Part shown: piece after piece, positions 20,841-31,756 of the stretch
How the letters are laid out: each line of letters starts with the position of its first letter
How positions within the stretch are numbered: position 1 is the first letter of the stretch
DNA from: Labilibaculum sp.
Lineage (GTDB): Bacteria > Bacteroidota > Bacteroidia > Bacteroidales > Marinifilaceae
DNA length: 58,690 nucleotides
Assembly: GCA_032125735.1 (NCBI GenBank)
Contig: JAQBBZ010000051.1
Coordinates: forward strand, 1 to 58,690
Reading direction: 5' to 3'
Program-made: the position numbers and the translations under genes
The notes under the pieces: model-generated
Databases searched by the model: none
What the model saw: only the letters and a program-made list of their open reading frames with translations
What the model was told of the DNA's origin: nothing

Positions 20841-20874
20841 AAAACCACAAGACATAATTATGTCTTGTGGTTTT
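20841..20874. terminator. Perfect 34-bp palindrome, likely purE terminator
   Basis: AAAACCACAAGACATAA/TTATGTCTTGTGGTTTT with an A-run on the left. Confidence 0.8.
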
Positions 20875-20900
20875 GTAAAATAAAATAATTGTATTGTGTT

Positions 20901-21407
20901 CTAGTTGGTCTTGAATTCGTATTTTATAGAAGATAATTCTTCGTTAGCTTTTACCATTTTTTCTTTAAGACTTTCTTTGAAGGTGATAAGCACTTTTTGT
21001 AATTCATGATCACCAATCGCAAGCATTTGTCCGGCAAGAATACCTGCATTCATTGCACCATTTATACCAACTGTTGCAACAGGAATTCCGGGAGGCATTT
21101 GTACAATGCTCAAAAGTGCATCCATGCCATCTAAAGACGCATTAATTGGCACTCCAATTACAGGGATAGGAGTCATTGCAGCAATTACTCCAGGTAGGTG
21201 AGCTGCCATTCCGGCACCTGCAATAATGACTTTTATTCCCCTGTCGAATGCACCTTTTGCAAATTTTTCAACTTCTTCAGGTGTTCTGTGAGCAGATAAT
21301 GCGTGAATCTCAAAAGGGATTTTAAAATCATTTAAGACTTTGGCGGCTTTTTCCATAACCGGAAGGTCGGATGTGCTTCCCATTATGATACTTACTTTTG
21401 CTTTCAT
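20901..21407 (-). CDS. purE: N5-carboxyaminoimidazole ribonucleotide mutase
   Basis: MGSTSD, SAHRTP, AGMAAHLPG and VQMPPGIPVATV motifs. Confidence 0.97.
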   Translation of the reverse strand: MKAKVSIIMGSTSDLPVMEKAAKVLNDFKIPFEIHALSAHRTPEEVEKFAKGAFDRGIKVIIAGAGMAAHLPGVIAAMTPIPVIGVPINASLDGMDALLSIVQMPPGIPVATVGINGAMNAGILAGQMLAIGDHELQKVLITFKESLKEKMVKANEELSSIKYEFKTN

Positions 21408-21700
21408 GTGGTTTTATTCGTGGATTTAATAAATAAAATGACAAAAAATCGTACTTTTGCAGCAAAAATAAAGGAATTGTTTTAATTCCAATGTTGCTTG
21501 CATTGCTTGCTACTTTTTCAAACGTAAAATTGAAAAAAATATATGTATGTAACACTGTTGAATTGAAACATTTTTTATTCTATATTTTTAGAGAGATACA
21601 CATTTTACTAACGATATTTTAGGGCATTGCCTTAAACGCCCGATATTTCAAGGGTTTCCTTGTTGGGGGAGATCGGACAACTAAGACAAAAATTGAATCA

Positions 21701-22243
21701 ATGAAAACTGTAAAACTTCTGGATCGAGAATTTAGAGTGTCTATTCCTGCTGAGGATATTGACAAGGTAATTGCTCAAATGGCTGAAAAAATGAATAAGG
21801 ATCTTGCGGGAACTAATCCTTTATTTATTTGTATATTAAATGGATCTTTCATGTTCGCTTCGGATTTGATGAAGCAGATAACTGTTGAAAATGCTCAAAT
21901 TACATTTATGAGATTGTCTTCATACGAAGGTATGGGAACAACAGGTAAGGTGAAAAAACTAATGGGTTTTACTGAGGATTTAAAAGACAGAACGGTTGTT
22001 TTGTTAGAAGATATTGTTGATACAGGAATTACGATTACAAATACACTCGAGGAAATAAAACATTACGAAGCTAAAGAAGTTTTGATTGCAACCATGTTGT
22101 TTAAACCAGATGCTTTGATTCGAGATGTAAAATTGAATTACGTAGGTATGGAAATACCGAACGATTTTATTGTTGGCAGAGGATTGGATTATGATGGAAT
22201 GGGTAGAAACCTTCCGGATGTATATACTGTAATCGAAAAATAA
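21701..22243 (+). CDS. hpt: Hypoxanthine phosphoribosyltransferase
   Basis: LNGSFMF, PRPP loop VVLLEDIVDTG, GLDY..GRNL. Confidence 0.95.
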   Translation: MKTVKLLDREFRVSIPAEDIDKVIAQMAEKMNKDLAGTNPLFICILNGSFMFASDLMKQITVENAQITFMRLSSYEGMGTTGKVKKLMGFTEDLKDRTVVLLEDIVDTGITITNTLEEIKHYEAKEVLIATMLFKPDALIRDVKLNYVGMEIPNDFIVGRGLDYDGMGRNLPDVYTVIEK

Positions 22244-22861
22244 ATGTTGAATATTGTTTTGTTTGGACCTCCAGGTTCTGGAAAGGGAACGCAGTCCAAA
22301 TTGCTTCAGGAAAAATATGGGTTAATTCACCTTTCTACGGGTGATGTGTGCAGAGATGAGATTAAGCTGGCAACACCAGAAGGTTTAGAAGCAAAAAGAT
22401 TGATTGATGGAGGTAATTTTTTTCCAGATAAATTGGCATATCGAATTGTTGAGAAGTTTTTAGACAGCAACAAGGTAGCTAAAGGTTTTGTGTACGATGG
22501 AATGCCACGTCACGAGGGGCAGATTGATGTGTTTGATGGAATGCTTGCCAAACGAAACAGTGTTGTTGATGTTGTTATTGAATTAAAAGTTGAAGAAGAA
22601 GAAGTTATTCAACGACTTTTGAAAAGAGGTGAATCTTCTGGTCGACCAGATGATGGAGGACGGGAAGTGATTGAAAAACGCCTAAGAATTTACGAAGATG
22701 TTACTGCTCCAATTGCAATGAGATATAAAGAAAAGGGTGTTTATCACTCAATCGATGCAATTGGATCATTAGATAATGTACTTGAACGAATAAGTGTCCT
22801 GCTTGAGAAATGTATGGCAGAGAAATTGGTTTCGGTTGATACAATAGAAAGAAAAATATAA
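22244..22861 (+). CDS. adk: Adenylate kinase (short LID)
   Basis: [20 protein letters not shown] and GRPDD motifs. Confidence 0.93.
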   Translation: MLNIVLFGPPGSGKGTQSKLLQEKYGLIHLSTGDVCRDEIKLATPEGLEAKRLIDGGNFFPDKLAYRIVEKFLDSNKVAKGFVYDGMPRHEGQIDVFDGMLAKRNSVVDVVIELKVEEEEVIQRLLKRGESSGRPDDGGREVIEKRLRIYEDVTAPIAMRYKEKGVYHSIDAIGSLDNVLERISVLLEKCMAEKLVSVDTIERKI

Positions 22862-22865
22862 TATT

Positions 22866-23858
22866 ATGGCTGGGTCTAATTTTGTTGATTACGTAAAAAT
22901 ATTTTGCCGTTCGGGTGCCGGAGGAGCTGGGTCTACTCACCTTTTTAGAGATAAGTTGACCATGACTGGTGGTCCTGATGGTGGTGATGGAGGTCGAGGA
23001 GGACATGTTGTTATACGTGCGAACAAACAACTTTGGACTTTGGTGCATTTGAAGTTTAGTCGTCACGTATTCTCTGGTGATGGTGGTGATGGGGGTGCTA
23101 GTCGAAGCTCGGGTAAAGAAGGAGAGGATAAAGTGATTGAAGTGCCTTTAGGTACAATTGCTCGAGATGCTGAAACGGGTGAAGTTATTTTTGATGTAAC
23201 AGAACATGGTGAAGAGAAAATCTTGGTGAAAGGTGGTCGTGGAGGTCTGGGAAACTGGAATTTCCGATCTTCAACAAATCAAACACCACGTTATGCTCAA
23301 ACTGGAGAAGATAGAGTTGAACGCCCGGTTATATTAGAATTGAAAGTTCTTGCAGATGTTGGTTTAGTTGGTTTCCCAAGTGTTGGTAAATCTACATTAC
23401 TATCTGTAGTTTCCGCGGCTAAACCAAAAATAGCTGATTATCCGTTTACCACATTAGTTCCAAATCTGGGTATTGTATCTTACCGTGATAATCAGTCATT
23501 TGTAATGGCAGATATTCCTGGAATTATCGAAGGTGCGCATGAAGGTCGTGGACTTGGCTTGCGATTTTTGCGACACATTGAGCGAAATTCGGTACTCCTT
23601 TTTATGGTAGCTGCCGATAGTAAGGATATTCATGATGAATACAAGATTTTGTTGAACGAGTTAGAGCAATTTAATCCGGAACTTCTTGATAAACAACGTT
23701 TGTTAGCGATAACGAAATCGGATATGTTGGATCAGGAATTGATTGATGAAATGGAGCAGGATTTACCTGAAATTCCACATGTGTTTATTTCTTCTGTAGC
23801 TCAAAAAGGGCTAATGGAACTGAAAGATATGATTTGGAAAGCGATCAATCAGGAATAA
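22866..23858 (+). CDS. obgE: GTPase ObgE
   Basis: Gly-rich N-terminus [30 protein letters not shown] and TKSD. Confidence 0.97.
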   Translation: MAGSNFVDYVKIFCRSGAGGAGSTHLFRDKLTMTGGPDGGDGGRGGHVVIRANKQLWTLVHLKFSRHVFSGDGGDGGASRSSGKEGEDKVIEVPLGTIARDAETGEVIFDVTEHGEEKILVKGGRGGLGNWNFRSSTNQTPRYAQTGEDRVERPVILELKVLADVGLVGFPSVGKSTLLSVVSAAKPKIADYPFTTLVPNLGIVSYRDNQSFVMADIPGIIEGAHEGRGLGLRFLRHIERNSVLLFMVAADSKDIHDEYKILLNELEQFNPELLDKQRLLAITKSDMLDQELIDEMEQDLPEIPHVFISSVAQKGLMELKDMIWKAINQE

Positions 23859-23892
23859 CATACTGTAATTTGTATCTTTAAATACTTACATG

Positions 23893-23932
23893 CTTCTTTT
23901 TCCATTTATGATGGGAAAAGAAGTTTTTTTTT
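23893..23932 (+). terminator. Terminator of hpt-adk-obgE
   Basis: CTTCTTTTTCCAT-TTATG-ATGGGAAAAGAAG followed by a T-run. Confidence 0.75.
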
Positions 23933-24158
23933 GAAATAATTTGCTTTGATTGCGATCTTGTCTGCACGTAAATTTTACAGCATCTCAGCTTTCTTTAATT
24001 CCTAATTGGAAATATCAATGATAAGTGGAATGAAAATTTTCAGACTGAATTTTATTTGTGTTTGTTCTGAATTACTTCATATCGGAGTTTCTTTTTTCGT
24101 TGATTTTTAATGAAATAGGAATTGCCTTATCTGAAGAATATGACATTAAGTAAGAGCG

Positions 24159-24179
24159 TATCAACAGACTGTTGATAAC
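24159..24179. promoter_or_regulatory. Inverted DnaA-box-like pair upstream of parE
   Basis: TATCAACAG-A-CTGTTGATAAC, about 30 nt upstream of the TATATTTG box at 24208-24215. Confidence 0.45.
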
Positions 24180-24232
24180 CTACTTTCAAATGAATCGTTC
24201 TTTTAACTATATTTGTAAAAACGCGATTTTTC

Positions 24233-26065
24233 ATGACTGCACAATATTCTGAAGACTCAATCCGCACATTAGATTGGAAAGAACACATTCGTAAACGTCC
24301 TGGTATGTATATTGGGAAGCTTGGCGATGGATCTTCTCATGATGACGGTATTTATATTTTATTAAAAGAAGTAATTGATAACTCTATCGATGAGTTTGCC
24401 ATGGGAGTTGGTAAATCAATTGAAGTTAGTATTACAGACAGGAATGTAACTGTTCGTGACTACGGACGAGGTATTCCATTGGGAAAGTTGATTGATGTCA
24501 CTTCCAAAATGAACACAGGGGCAAAATACGACTCGGAAGTATTTAAAAAATCGGTTGGTCTTAATGGTGTCGGAATAAAAGCAGTAAATGCTTTGTCCGA
24601 TCAATTCATTATTGAATCATTTCGAGAAGGAGAGGTTAAGAAAGCTGTTTTCTCGAGAGGTGTTCTTGTTCAGGAAGATGAGATTCAAGCCACCGAGGAA
24701 AAAAATGGTGTTAAAATTGTGTTTCATCCTGATGAGGAGTTGTTTTCAAACTTTAGATACATCTCAGAATACATAGAGAATCTACTTAAAAACTACGTTT
24801 ATCTAAACACAGGCTTATCTATTTATTTTAATGGGCAAAGATTCTTCTCAAAAAATGGATTGCTTGATCTTTTGAATGAAAATATGAACTCCGAAGGTTT
24901 GTATGACATTATTCATTTGAAGGGTGAGGATATTGAAGTTGCTATGACCCATGGCCGACAATATGGAGAGGAGTATTACTCATTTGTAAACGGACAGCAT
25001 ACAACGCAAGGAGGAACACATCTTGTCGCTTTTAGAGAAGCATTGGTTAAAGGAGTTCGTGATTTTTTCAAGAAAGATTTCGATACTTCGGATATTCGAA
25101 CTTCAATTATTGCGGCAATAAGTATAAAAGTTCAGGAACCAGTTTTTGAATCTCAAACAAAAACAAAACTGGGTTCTAAAGATATTGGTCCAGAAGGACC
25201 ATCGGTTCGGAATTTCATAATGGATTTCGTGACTTCAAATTTGGATAATTATCTTCATAAAAATCCAAGTGTTGCAGAATCTATATACCAGAAAATTATA
25301 GAATCAGAAAAAGAAAGAAAGGCCATTTCGGGTATTAAAAAGATGGCCAAAGAAAGGGCTAAAACGGCAAATTTGCACAACAAAAAATTGCGGGATTGTC
25401 GTGTCCATTTTGATAGTAAACATGAACGAAAATCAGAGGCTTCCCTTTTCATCACAGAGGGTGATTCTGCTAGTGGATCAATAACCAAATCTCGTGATGT
25501 GAACACTCAGGCTGTTTTTAGCTTAAAGGGGAAACCACTAAATTCATATGGCTTAACCAAAAAGATTGTTTACGAGAATGAAGAATTTAATCTGCTGCAA
25601 GCAGCATTAAATATCGAGGATGGCTTAGAAGGTTTACGTTATAATAATGTAGTTATTGCTACTGATGCTGATGTGGACGGAATGCATATTCGTTTGCTTT
25701 TGATTACCTTCTTTTTGCAATTTTTTCCCGATATCGTTCGAAGCGGCCATCTATATATTTTGCAAACTCCGCTTTTTCGGGTTCGAAATAAAAAAACAAC
25801 ACACTATTGTTACTCCGAAGAAGAGAGAGTGAAAGCGATGAAAAGTGTAGGTGCTAACCCTGAGATAACTAGATTTAAAGGTTTGGGAGAAATTTCTCCA
25901 GATGAATTTAAACACTTTATTGGCAAGGATATTAGGCTTGATCCTGTTGTAATGAAAAAAGATGATTCAGTACCCGATATGTTGGAATTTTACATGGGGA
26001 AAAATACTCCCCTAAGACAGGAGTTTATCATCAGTAATCTTCATGTTGAAAGAGATGAATTATAA
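24233..26065 (+). CDS. parE: DNA topoisomerase IV subunit B
   Basis: [32 protein letters not shown] and RFKGLGE motifs; short Bacteroidota type paired with parC. Confidence 0.92.
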   Translation: MTAQYSEDSIRTLDWKEHIRKRPGMYIGKLGDGSSHDDGIYILLKEVIDNSIDEFAMGVGKSIEVSITDRNVTVRDYGRGIPLGKLIDVTSKMNTGAKYDSEVFKKSVGLNGVGIKAVNALSDQFIIESFREGEVKKAVFSRGVLVQEDEIQATEEKNGVKIVFHPDEELFSNFRYISEYIENLLKNYVYLNTGLSIYFNGQRFFSKNGLLDLLNENMNSEGLYDIIHLKGEDIEVAMTHGRQYGEEYYSFVNGQHTTQGGTHLVAFREALVKGVRDFFKKDFDTSDIRTSIIAAISIKVQEPVFESQTKTKLGSKDIGPEGPSVRNFIMDFVTSNLDNYLHKNPSVAESIYQKIIESEKERKAISGIKKMAKERAKTANLHNKKLRDCRVHFDSKHERKSEASLFITEGDSASGSITKSRDVNTQAVFSLKGKPLNSYGLTKKIVYENEEFNLLQAALNIEDGLEGLRYNNVVIATDADVDGMHIRLLLITFFLQFFPDIVRSGHLYILQTPLFRVRNKKTTHYCYSEEERVKAMKSVGANPEITRFKGLGEISPDEFKHFIGKDIRLDPVVMKKDDSVPDMLEFYMGKNTPLRQEFIISNLHVERDEL

Positions 26066-26115
26066 CCAATTTTCATCAGTCTATTTTTTAGAATTAAATA
26101 AACCCAAATACCTCT

Positions 26116-28719
26116 ATGAATAACGACGAGTCAAATGATATGGAAATCCCGGAAGAGATGGAAAATGATGTGAATGGCGTGCACTCCGAAGCAATGAGGA
26201 ATGTGACATATCTTTCTGGGATGTATCAAAGTTGGTTTCTGGATTATGCATCCTATGTAATTTTAGAACGTGCGGTACCTTATGTGAATGATGGATTAAA
26301 GCCTGTTCAGCGGAGAATCTTGCATGCCATGAAGCAATTGGATGATGGAAGATACAATAAGGTGGCCAATATAATTGGTAATACCATGCAGTATCATCCT
26401 CATGGAGATGCTTCTATTGGAGATGCTCTTGTTCAACTGGGACAAAAAGATTTATTAATTGACATGCAGGGGAATTGGGGAAATATCCTTACCGGTGATT
26501 CTGCTGCAGCACCAAGATATATTGAAGCACGATTATCCAAATTTGCTTTGGAGGTTCTTTTTAATGCCAAAACGACTACTTGGAAACAGTCTTACGATGG
26601 TCGTAATAAAGAACCAATAACGCTACCGGTTAAATTTCCACTTTTGTTGGCGCAGGGCGTTGAAGGAATTGCTGTAGGACTTGCATCAAAAATATTACCA
26701 CATAATTTTCTTGAATTAATTGATGCTTGTGTAGCTTATTTAAATAAGGAGGAATTTGAGCTTTATCCCGATTTTCCTACGGCAGGTATGGTTGATGTAA
26801 GTCGTTATAATGATGGCTTGCGTGGTGGTGCGGTTAAAGTGAGAGCAAGAATTGAAAAGTTTGATAGTCGCACCTTAAAAATAATTGAAATACCATTTGG
26901 AAAAACGACTTCAAGCGTAATTGAGTCCATTATCAAAGCAAATGATAAAGGAAAAATTAAGATCAAAAAGATTGATGATAATACTGCGGAGTTTGTTGAG
27001 ATTCTGATCCACTTGGCAAGTGGAATTTCTTCTGATAATACCATTGATGCTTTATATGCTTTCACCGATTGTGAAATTTCTATCTCGCCTAATGCATGTA
27101 TTGTTGAGAATGATAAGCCGATGTTTATCGGGGTTGCTGAGATTTTACGACGGGCGGCCGATAATACGGTAGCTTTACTAAAGTTGGAGCTTGAAATACG
27201 CAAAAATGAACTCGAAGAGTCGTGGCATTATGCCTCTTTGGAACGAATTTTTATTGAAAACAGGATATATCGGGATATTGAAGAGTGCGAGACTTGGGAA
27301 GAGGTTATTGAAACTATTGATACTGGGTTAAAACCTTTTACTGCAAATTTAATGCGTGCTGTAACTCGTGATGATGTTGTTCGATTAACAGAAATCAAAA
27401 TCAAGAGAATTTCTAAATTCGATATCAATAAAGCGAAAGATTTGATTCAAGCTATCGAAGATGAAATTGCCGAAATAGAAGTTCATCTGGCGAATATAAT
27501 TCCTTTCACAATTAAGTACTTTAAATCCATAAAGAAAAAGTACGGACTTGGACGTGAAAGGAAAACAGAAATTAGAAGTTTTGAAAATATTGTAGCTACT
27601 AAGGTTGTGGTTGCCAATGAAAAATTATACGTAAATAGAGAAGAAGGATTTATTGGTACTAGCTTAAAAAAAGATGAGTACTTGTGTGATTGTTCTGATA
27701 TTGATGATGTTATAATTTTCAGAAAAGACGGTACTTACTTTGTCACTAAAGTAGCTGATAAGTGTTTTGTTGGAAAGAATCTATTGCACATAGCGGTATT
27801 TGGAAGGAATGATAAACGAACCATTTATAATGTTGCTTATCGCGATGGAAAATCTGGAAGCAATTACATAAAACGTTTTTCGGTTACCAGTATTACCCGT
27901 GATAAAGAATACGATATTACCAAATCAACAGAAGGTTCACGTATTCTGTATTTTAGTTCCAATCCAAACGGGGAAGCAGAAGTAATTCGAGTGGTTTTAA
28001 AACCAAAGGCTCGTTTGAAGAAAACAGTATTTGAATTTGACTTCGCAGAATTGGCAGTTAAAGGACGTGCTTCAATGGGGAATATATTAACCAGGAACGA
28101 CGTTCATAAGATTACCTTGAAACAGGAGGGAGTTTCCACCTTAGGAGGGCGGAAAATATGGTTTGATCCGGATGTTTTACGCATAAATACAGATCAAAGA
28201 GGTGATTTTATTGGAGAATTTACTGGTGATGAAAAAATACTGGTTATAACCAGGCCAGCCTCATTTCATTTTACGAGCTTCGATTTAAGTAATCACTATC
28301 CAGACAATATCAGTATTATTGAAAAATACGATGACGAAAAGCTTTGGTCAGCAGTATTTTTTGATGCCGATCAAGGGTATTATTACCTAAAACGCTTTAC
28401 CATGGAAGGGAATGGCAAAGAGGTGAGTTTCTTGGGAGAGAATTCTGAAAATAAATTGATTTGTTTAACTGATGAGCAGTATCCAAGATTCGATATTTCG
28501 TATGGCGGGAAAAATGCAGATCGTCCCAATGAAATTATTGATGGCGATGAGTTTATTGGTGTAAAATCATACAAAGCACGAGGAAAGCGTTTGTCCATAT
28601 ACGAAATTTTGGATATCAAAGAAATTGAGCCTTTACCGCGAGAAGAGGAGAATGAAAATGATGATATTGAAATTGTGGAAGGCATAGCTGTTGATGTTGT
28701 TGAGGATAGTCAGGATTAA
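26116..28719 (+). CDS. parC: DNA topoisomerase IV subunit A
   Basis: DGLKPVQRR, YHPHGD and catalytic AAPRY motifs. Confidence 0.92.
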   Translation: MNNDESNDMEIPEEMENDVNGVHSEAMRNVTYLSGMYQSWFLDYASYVILERAVPYVNDGLKPVQRRILHAMKQLDDGRYNKVANIIGNTMQYHPHGDASIGDALVQLGQKDLLIDMQGNWGNILTGDSAAAPRYIEARLSKFALEVLFNAKTTTWKQSYDGRNKEPITLPVKFPLLLAQGVEGIAVGLASKILPHNFLELIDACVAYLNKEEFELYPDFPTAGMVDVSRYNDGLRGGAVKVRARIEKFDSRTLKIIEIPFGKTTSSVIESIIKANDKGKIKIKKIDDNTAEFVEILIHLASGISSDNTIDALYAFTDCEISISPNACIVENDKPMFIGVAEILRRAADNTVALLKLELEIRKNELEESWHYASLERIFIENRIYRDIEECETWEEVIETIDTGLKPFTANLMRAVTRDDVVRLTEIKIKRISKFDINKAKDLIQAIEDEIAEIEVHLANIIPFTIKYFKSIKKKYGLGRERKTEIRSFENIVATKVVVANEKLYVNREEGFIGTSLKKDEYLCDCSDIDDVIIFRKDGTYFVTKVADKCFVGKNLLHIAVFGRNDKRTIYNVAYRDGKSGSNYIKRFSVTSITRDKEYDITKSTEGSRILYFSSNPNGEAEVIRVVLKPKARLKKTVFEFDFAELAVKGRASMGNILTRNDVHKITLKQEGVSTLGGRKIWFDPDVLRINTDQRGDFIGEFTGDEKILVITRPASFHFTSFDLSNHYPDNISIIEKYDDEKLWSAVFFDADQGYYYLKRFTMEGNGKEVSFLGENSENKLICLTDEQYPRFDISYGGKNADRPNEIIDGDEFIGVKSYKARGKRLSIYEILDIKEIEPLPREEENENDDIEIVEGIAVDVVEDSQD

Positions 28720-28767
28720 TTTTCTTTTTGTGGGAATAATTTTTTCCCGCTAATTTAAAGTTTAGCA

Positions 28768-29280
28768 ATGAAGATTTTTTTGATTGGATATATGGGATGT
28801 GGAAAATCACGCTGGGGTAAGATTGTTGCCGAGCATTATGGTTTTCGTTTTGTCGATCTGGATACCCTTATTGAAGAAAGGGAGAAGTTAAGCGTTCCTG
28901 AAATTTTCGAGAAACTTGGAGAGTCTGGTTTTCGTGAACGAGAGTATGAGGCGTTACAGTCAATTTCCGAGGGCGAAAATTTGATCGTAGCAACAGGTGG
29001 AGGTGCTCCATGTTTCAATAATAATATGGAGGAAATGAATCGCATGGGAACTACATTATTCATAGAATGTAGTCCCGAACTACTTCGGGATCGAATTACT
29101 GAGTCAGATACAGAGCGTCCTTTAGTGAAGAATTTTTCTCAGGATGATCTGTTGAATTACATTATTAGACACTTAAATAACAGAATGCCTTTTTATGAGC
29201 AATCACATTACAAATTGGTCTCTGGGAATTTAGAATTGGATGATTTTACGACAATTCTAGATTCTATTATAAATCCGTAA
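28768..29280 (+). CDS. aroK: Shikimate kinase
   Basis: GYMGCGKS, DLD, ATGGG and RPL motifs. Confidence 0.92.
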   Translation: MKIFLIGYMGCGKSRWGKIVAEHYGFRFVDLDTLIEEREKLSVPEIFEKLGESGFREREYEALQSISEGENLIVATGGGAPCFNNNMEEMNRMGTTLFIECSPELLRDRITESDTERPLVKNFSQDDLLNYIIRHLNNRMPFYEQSHYKLVSGNLELDDFTTILDSIINP

Positions 29281-29920
29281 GTTGAGCAATTTCAAAATCG
29301 TTTAAGCTATCCAGAACTTTATTCGAAATAATAAATTTGTTCAAGTTAGACGCATCCTTTTCGGGAATCGCAATGCATTTCATTCCTGCAGCAAGTGCGG
29401 ATATTACACCATTTAAAGAATCCTCAAAAACAACACATTCCGAAGGGTGAATTCCAAGCATATCAGCTGTGCTAATAAAAACCTGTGGATGAGGTTTGCC
29501 ATACTTTTCAAATTCTGCAGAGTGAACGACTTCAAAATACTCGTGAAGTTCTAATTTGTCCAAAACGGCAGAAATAATCTTCATTTTTGAAGATGAGGCG
29601 AGTCCAATTTTAAAGGAAGCTTTTCTAAGATTCTGCAAGGTTTTAGTTACGCCGGGTAAACATGCTCCTTGTTCCAATACTAAGCGAATAACATTCTCAA
29701 CAATATCTTCTACAACCGTTTCTTTCGAAACATGATTCCAAGGTGTCATCTTATACATTACTTCAACGACCTCATCTATTCTCTTACCCATAAACTGTTC
29801 AAACATTTTTTTGTTTACATCGAGTCCAATTGAAGTGAATACTTTTGTTTCGCTCTCTTGCCAGAATGGTTCTGAATTTATCAGAAGGCCATCCATATCA
29901 AAAATTACTGCTTTAATCAT
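29267..29920 (-). CDS. HAD sugar-phosphatase (HxpB/YniC-like)
   Basis: FDMDGLLINSEP, KPHP and FEDS motifs; TACTTTTG promoter box at 29943-29950. Confidence 0.88.
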   Translation of the reverse strand: MIKAVIFDMDGLLINSEPFWQESETKVFTSIGLDVNKKMFEQFMGKRIDEVVEVMYKMTPWNHVSKETVVEDIVENVIRLVLEQGACLPGVTKTLQNLRKASFKIGLASSSKMKIISAVLDKLELHEYFEVVHSAEFEKYGKPHPQVFISTADMLGIHPSECVVFEDSLNGVISALAAGMKCIAIPEKDASNLNKFIISNKVLDSLNDFEIAQLTDL

Positions 29921-30090
29921 AGTTCTGCGTTGAATTAGGGTGCAAAAGTACTGATTTTCATTAAATGATAAAGAAAGAGCAAAATTGCATCATATTATTT
30001 ACTGTTAATAATTGTTAAATCAGGAATAGATCAGTCGGATAGATAGCCTTTTTTTTAAATTTGCTGGAAAGAAAACTGATTTTCTCTTAT

Positions 30091-31020
30091 ATGGATATTG
30101 TAGTTGAACATTTAACCAAAAGATATGGTCCTCAAAAGGCTGTAGATAATGTGTCATTTCGTGTAAAAGCAGGTGAGGTATTAGGTTTTCTTGGTCCAAA
30201 CGGAGCAGGTAAAACGACTACCATGAAAGCAATTTCCTGTTTTATTAAACCGGAAGAAGGAGATATATTGGTTGGTGGATACTCTATTCACGAGCATCCT
30301 GAAATCATTAAGAAAAACATTGGATATTTGGCTGAAAATAATCCATTGTATCAGGAAATGAATATTATTGATTTTTTGGAATTCATTGCGAAACTTCACG
30401 GGATACCGAAATATTTGATTCCTGAACGGATATTGGATATGATAAGGACTTGTGGTTTGGAAGGCGAAAAACATAAATTGATAGGGGAGCTTTCCAAGGG
30501 CTATCAGCAAAGAGTTGGATTGGCTCAGGCCTTAATTCATGATCCGGATATTTTGATTCTTGATGAGCCTACAACAGGACTGGATCCAAATCAGATTGTT
30601 GAGATTCGTGAGCTGATAAAGCGTATTGGAAAAGAAAAAACAGTTATCTTAAGTTCACATATCTTGGCAGAAGTTGAGGCTACCTGCGATCGCATTTTGA
30701 TTATCAACAATGGTAGAATTGTTGTGGATGGAACGGCTGCTGAATTAAGAAAACAGGCTCAAGGAAATGAAATATTGAAATTGGGTGTGCAAGGAGGAGA
30801 AGTAAATGATATTTTTGATCATTTATTAGAGATTGAAACAATCGATTCTGTTGATGTGATTGATGCTGATAGGCGATTATTTGAGATTCAATCTTTACCC
30901 GGTACGTCTTCTGTTAAGGCAATATTTGACACTTGTGTTCAAAATAAGTATTACATCAGTGAGTTGACTCCAACAGAAACAAAATTGGAGGACATATTCC
31001 GTCAATTAACCCTTCATTAG
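30091..31020 (+). CDS. gldA: ABC transporter ATPase (GldA-like)
   Basis: GPNGAGKTT, LSKGYQQR, LDEPTTGLDPNQ. ATG at 30091 preferred; context with GldF/G-like genes. Confidence 0.75.
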   Translation: MDIVVEHLTKRYGPQKAVDNVSFRVKAGEVLGFLGPNGAGKTTTMKAISCFIKPEEGDILVGGYSIHEHPEIIKKNIGYLAENNPLYQEMNIIDFLEFIAKLHGIPKYLIPERILDMIRTCGLEGEKHKLIGELSKGYQQRVGLAQALIHDPDILILDEPTTGLDPNQIVEIRELIKRIGKEKTVILSSHILAEVEATCDRILIINNGRIVVDGTAAELRKQAQGNEILKLGVQGGEVNDIFDHLLEIETIDSVDVIDADRRLFEIQSLPGTSSVKAIFDTCVQNKYYISELTPTETKLEDIFRQLTLH

Positions 31021-31026
31021 ATCTTT

Positions 31027-31746
31027 ATGATGCAAATTGTACACATTGCCAGCCGAGAGCTTAGTACTTTTTTTGATTCATTAACAGCCTATGTCCTGAT
31101 TGTAATTTTTTTAGGCTTTAGTGGGTTCTTCACATGGGTGTACGGCGCTGACGTTTTTTTTGTTGGTCAGGCCAACCTTAACACATTTTTTACTGTTGCC
31201 TACTGGAGTTTATTTGTTTTTATTCCTGCCCTTACGATGAGATCAATTGCCGGAGAGTTAAAAGCAGGAACTCTTGAACTTCTGCTTACAAAGCCTGTGA
31301 GCGATTGGCAATTAATTCTGGGTAAGTTTCTATCCATCTTTCTTTTAATTGTTATCGCACTGGCTCCTACAGTTATTTATTATTTTACATTGTGGGCAAT
31401 TGGTCCTGTTGATCATTCTGCAATCTTATTGGGATATGTGGGTTTATTGTTCATGAGTATGGTTTATATCAGCATTGGATTGCTTGCATCATGTGTTGCT
31501 TCGAATCCAATTATTGCATCTTTAGTTGCCTTATCAATAGGTATTTTCTTTCATATAATATTCGATGTCCTGGCCTCCAATTTTGTTGGTTTCTTCGGGC
31601 GTTTTTTTAGTTATATGAGTCTTTCAACTCATTTTGAATCGATATCCAGGGGGGTTGTTGATACAAAAGATCTGATTTACTTCTTATCGATAGTGTTTTT
31701 TTGTCTCTTTACGTCAAAAATGATTTTGTCAAATCGCAATCTGTAA
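31027..31746 (+). CDS. gldF: ABC-2 permease (GldF-like)
   Basis: PALTMRSIAGE..GTLELLLTKP and GVVDTKDLIYF motifs. Confidence 0.75.
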   Translation: MMQIVHIASRELSTFFDSLTAYVLIVIFLGFSGFFTWVYGADVFFVGQANLNTFFTVAYWSLFVFIPALTMRSIAGELKAGTLELLLTKPVSDWQLILGKFLSIFLLIVIALAPTVIYYFTLWAIGPVDHSAILLGYVGLLFMSMVYISIGLLASCVASNPIIASLVALSIGIFFHIIFDVLASNFVGFFGRFFSYMSLSTHFESISRGVVDTKDLIYFLSIVFFCLFTSKMILSNRNL

Positions 31747-31756
31747 ATCCTGTTTT

